Assembly (NCBI RefSeq): GCF_964213995.1
Contig: NC_135808.1
Coordinates: 23,312,001-23,376,000 of the forward strand
Direction: 5' to 3'
DNA: 64,000 bases
Origin: Mustelus asterias
Taxonomy: Eukaryota
This document shows positions 62,516-64,000 of this stretch, in pieces. Position 1 is the stretch's first letter. The number at the start of each line of letters is the position of its first letter. A program made the translations under genes and the position numbers. The notes beneath the pieces are model-generated. The model saw nothing but the letters and a program-made list of their open reading frames with translations, was not told the origin of the DNA and searched no databases.

Positions 62516-63297
62516 GACCTAAACAAGACTTCTTGTTACCAGTGGGGGTTCCACAGGACCCAGCACTCACGCCTCACTTTTTGTAGTTCATGTGAATCAT
62601 TTAGATTCAAATGCAGCAGGAATGATAAAGAAGTTGACAGAGGTACAAATATTATCTGTGTTGGTTTTTAGTGAAGAGGAAAGCTTCAGACTGTAGGAAG
62701 ACAGAGATGGTCTGGGCAGTTGGGAAGAACATTGGAAAATGGAATTCAGTCCGGAGCAGTGAGAGGTGATGGATTTCGGGAGGATGAACAAGGCAAAGGG
62801 AATCCCCAATAACTGGGAGGATAATGAGTAATGTGGAGGAACAGAGGGATCCAGGAGTGCGTGTCCACAGATTGGGAAAGTTTTCAGGACAGATTAATTA
62901 CATGGTAAAGAAGGTACATAACATGCTTTTCTTTCATCAGTTGAGACAGACAGCAGAATGGTTTTGCTAGAATTGTAACAACACCAGACAGATGACAGCT
63001 GAAGCACTGTCTGAAAGGATGGTAGACGCAGAAACTCTCACCACATTGAATCAATTCTTGGACGTCGAGTTGAAGAGCTGTGATCGACAGAGCTACAGAT
63101 CAAGTACATGAGGTGAGATTAAGCAGGAGAGTTCTTCATGAACAGGAAGGGATATGATGGGCTGAATGGCCTCGCTCTCAATCATAAATATTCTATCCTT
63201 CAACATTCCAACCACACACCAGCAGCAAATCCCATCAGACCTCCAAACACCAGCTAAACCCAGCAGACCCCTAACACGAGCAAAACCCATCAGACCA

Positions 63298-64000
63298 AGA
63301 TTGGTGGCATGGTGGACAGTGAGGAAGGTTATCTCCAATTGCAGCGGGATCTTGATCAATTGGGCCAGTGGGCTGACGAATGGCAGATGGAGTTTAATTT
63401 AGACAACTGCGAGGTGATGCATTTTGGTAGATTGAACCAGGGTAGCAGTTACTCAGTTAATGGTCGGGCATTGGGGAGAGTTACAGAACAAAGAGATCTA
63501 GGGGTACATGTTCATAGCTCCTTGAAAGTGGAGTCACAGGTGGACAGAGTGGTGAAGAAGGCATTCGGCATGCTTGGTTTCATCGGTCAGAACATTGAAT
63601 ACAGGAGTTGGGACGTCTTGTTGAAGTTGTACAAGGAATTGGTAAGGCCACACTTGGAATGCTGTATGCAATTCTGGTGACCCTATTATAGAAAGGATAT
63701 TATTAAACTAGAAAGAGTGCCGAAAAGATTTACTAGGATGGTACCGGGACTTGATGGATTGAGTTATGAGGAGGGGCTGAATAGACTGGGACTTTTTTCT
63801 CTGGAGTGTAGGAGGCTAAGGGGTGACCTTATAGAGGTCTATAAAATAATGAGGGGCATAGACAAGGTAGAGAGGCAATATCTTTTCCCAAAGGTCGGGG
63901 AGTCTAAAACTAGAGGGCATAGGTTTAAGGTGAGAGGGGAGAGATATAAAAGTGTCCAGGAGGTGCAATTTTTTCACACAGAGGATAGTGAGTGTCTGGA
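63298..64000 (+). mobile_element. CR1 LINE fragment running off the window
   Basis: LQRDLDQLGQWADEWQMEFN...LVRPHLE. Confidence 0.9.

Larger units (their letters stand above)
49495..63297 (+). repeat. More diverged paralogous segment (matches 29178-35900, then 42840-45240); third array unit
   Basis: Anchors: 52160~30060, 53720~31500, 55060~33120, 58320~34080, 59120~34910, 61740~43600, 63200~45210. Confidence 0.88.

Overview
Eukaryotic DNA, inferred to be from a shark or other elasmobranch (HE1-type tRNA SINEs, dense CR1 LINEs, shark-type MHC class I exons). The window is part of a tandem segmental array of MHC class I-like genes on the minus strand, with a unit of roughly 22-33 kb seen about 2.5 times. 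Gene A (16741-28642) is intact: 7 coding exons, 343 aa (leader, alpha1, alpha2, alpha3, TM, two cytoplasmic exons). It lacks several classical peptide-anchoring residues, so it is probably non-classical. Gene B (46220-49250) is a pseudogene with a 4-bp frameshift, a CR1 inserted in a splice donor, a dead acceptor and deletion of alpha3/TM/CY. Both promoters carry two tandem X1-X2-Y modules with HLA-DRA-like spacing; in gene A a SINE splits the distal one. Introns 1 and 3 contain minisatellites built from repeated copies of their own 5' splice site. The rest is mobile DNA: young CR1 fragments, a near full-length Penelope element with a hammerhead ribozyme plus short hammerhead-bearing derivatives, a Ty1/Copia fragment, solo LTRs, SINEs and several minisatellites. 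Coordinates were read by hand and identities are by eye; no alignments or database searches were run.
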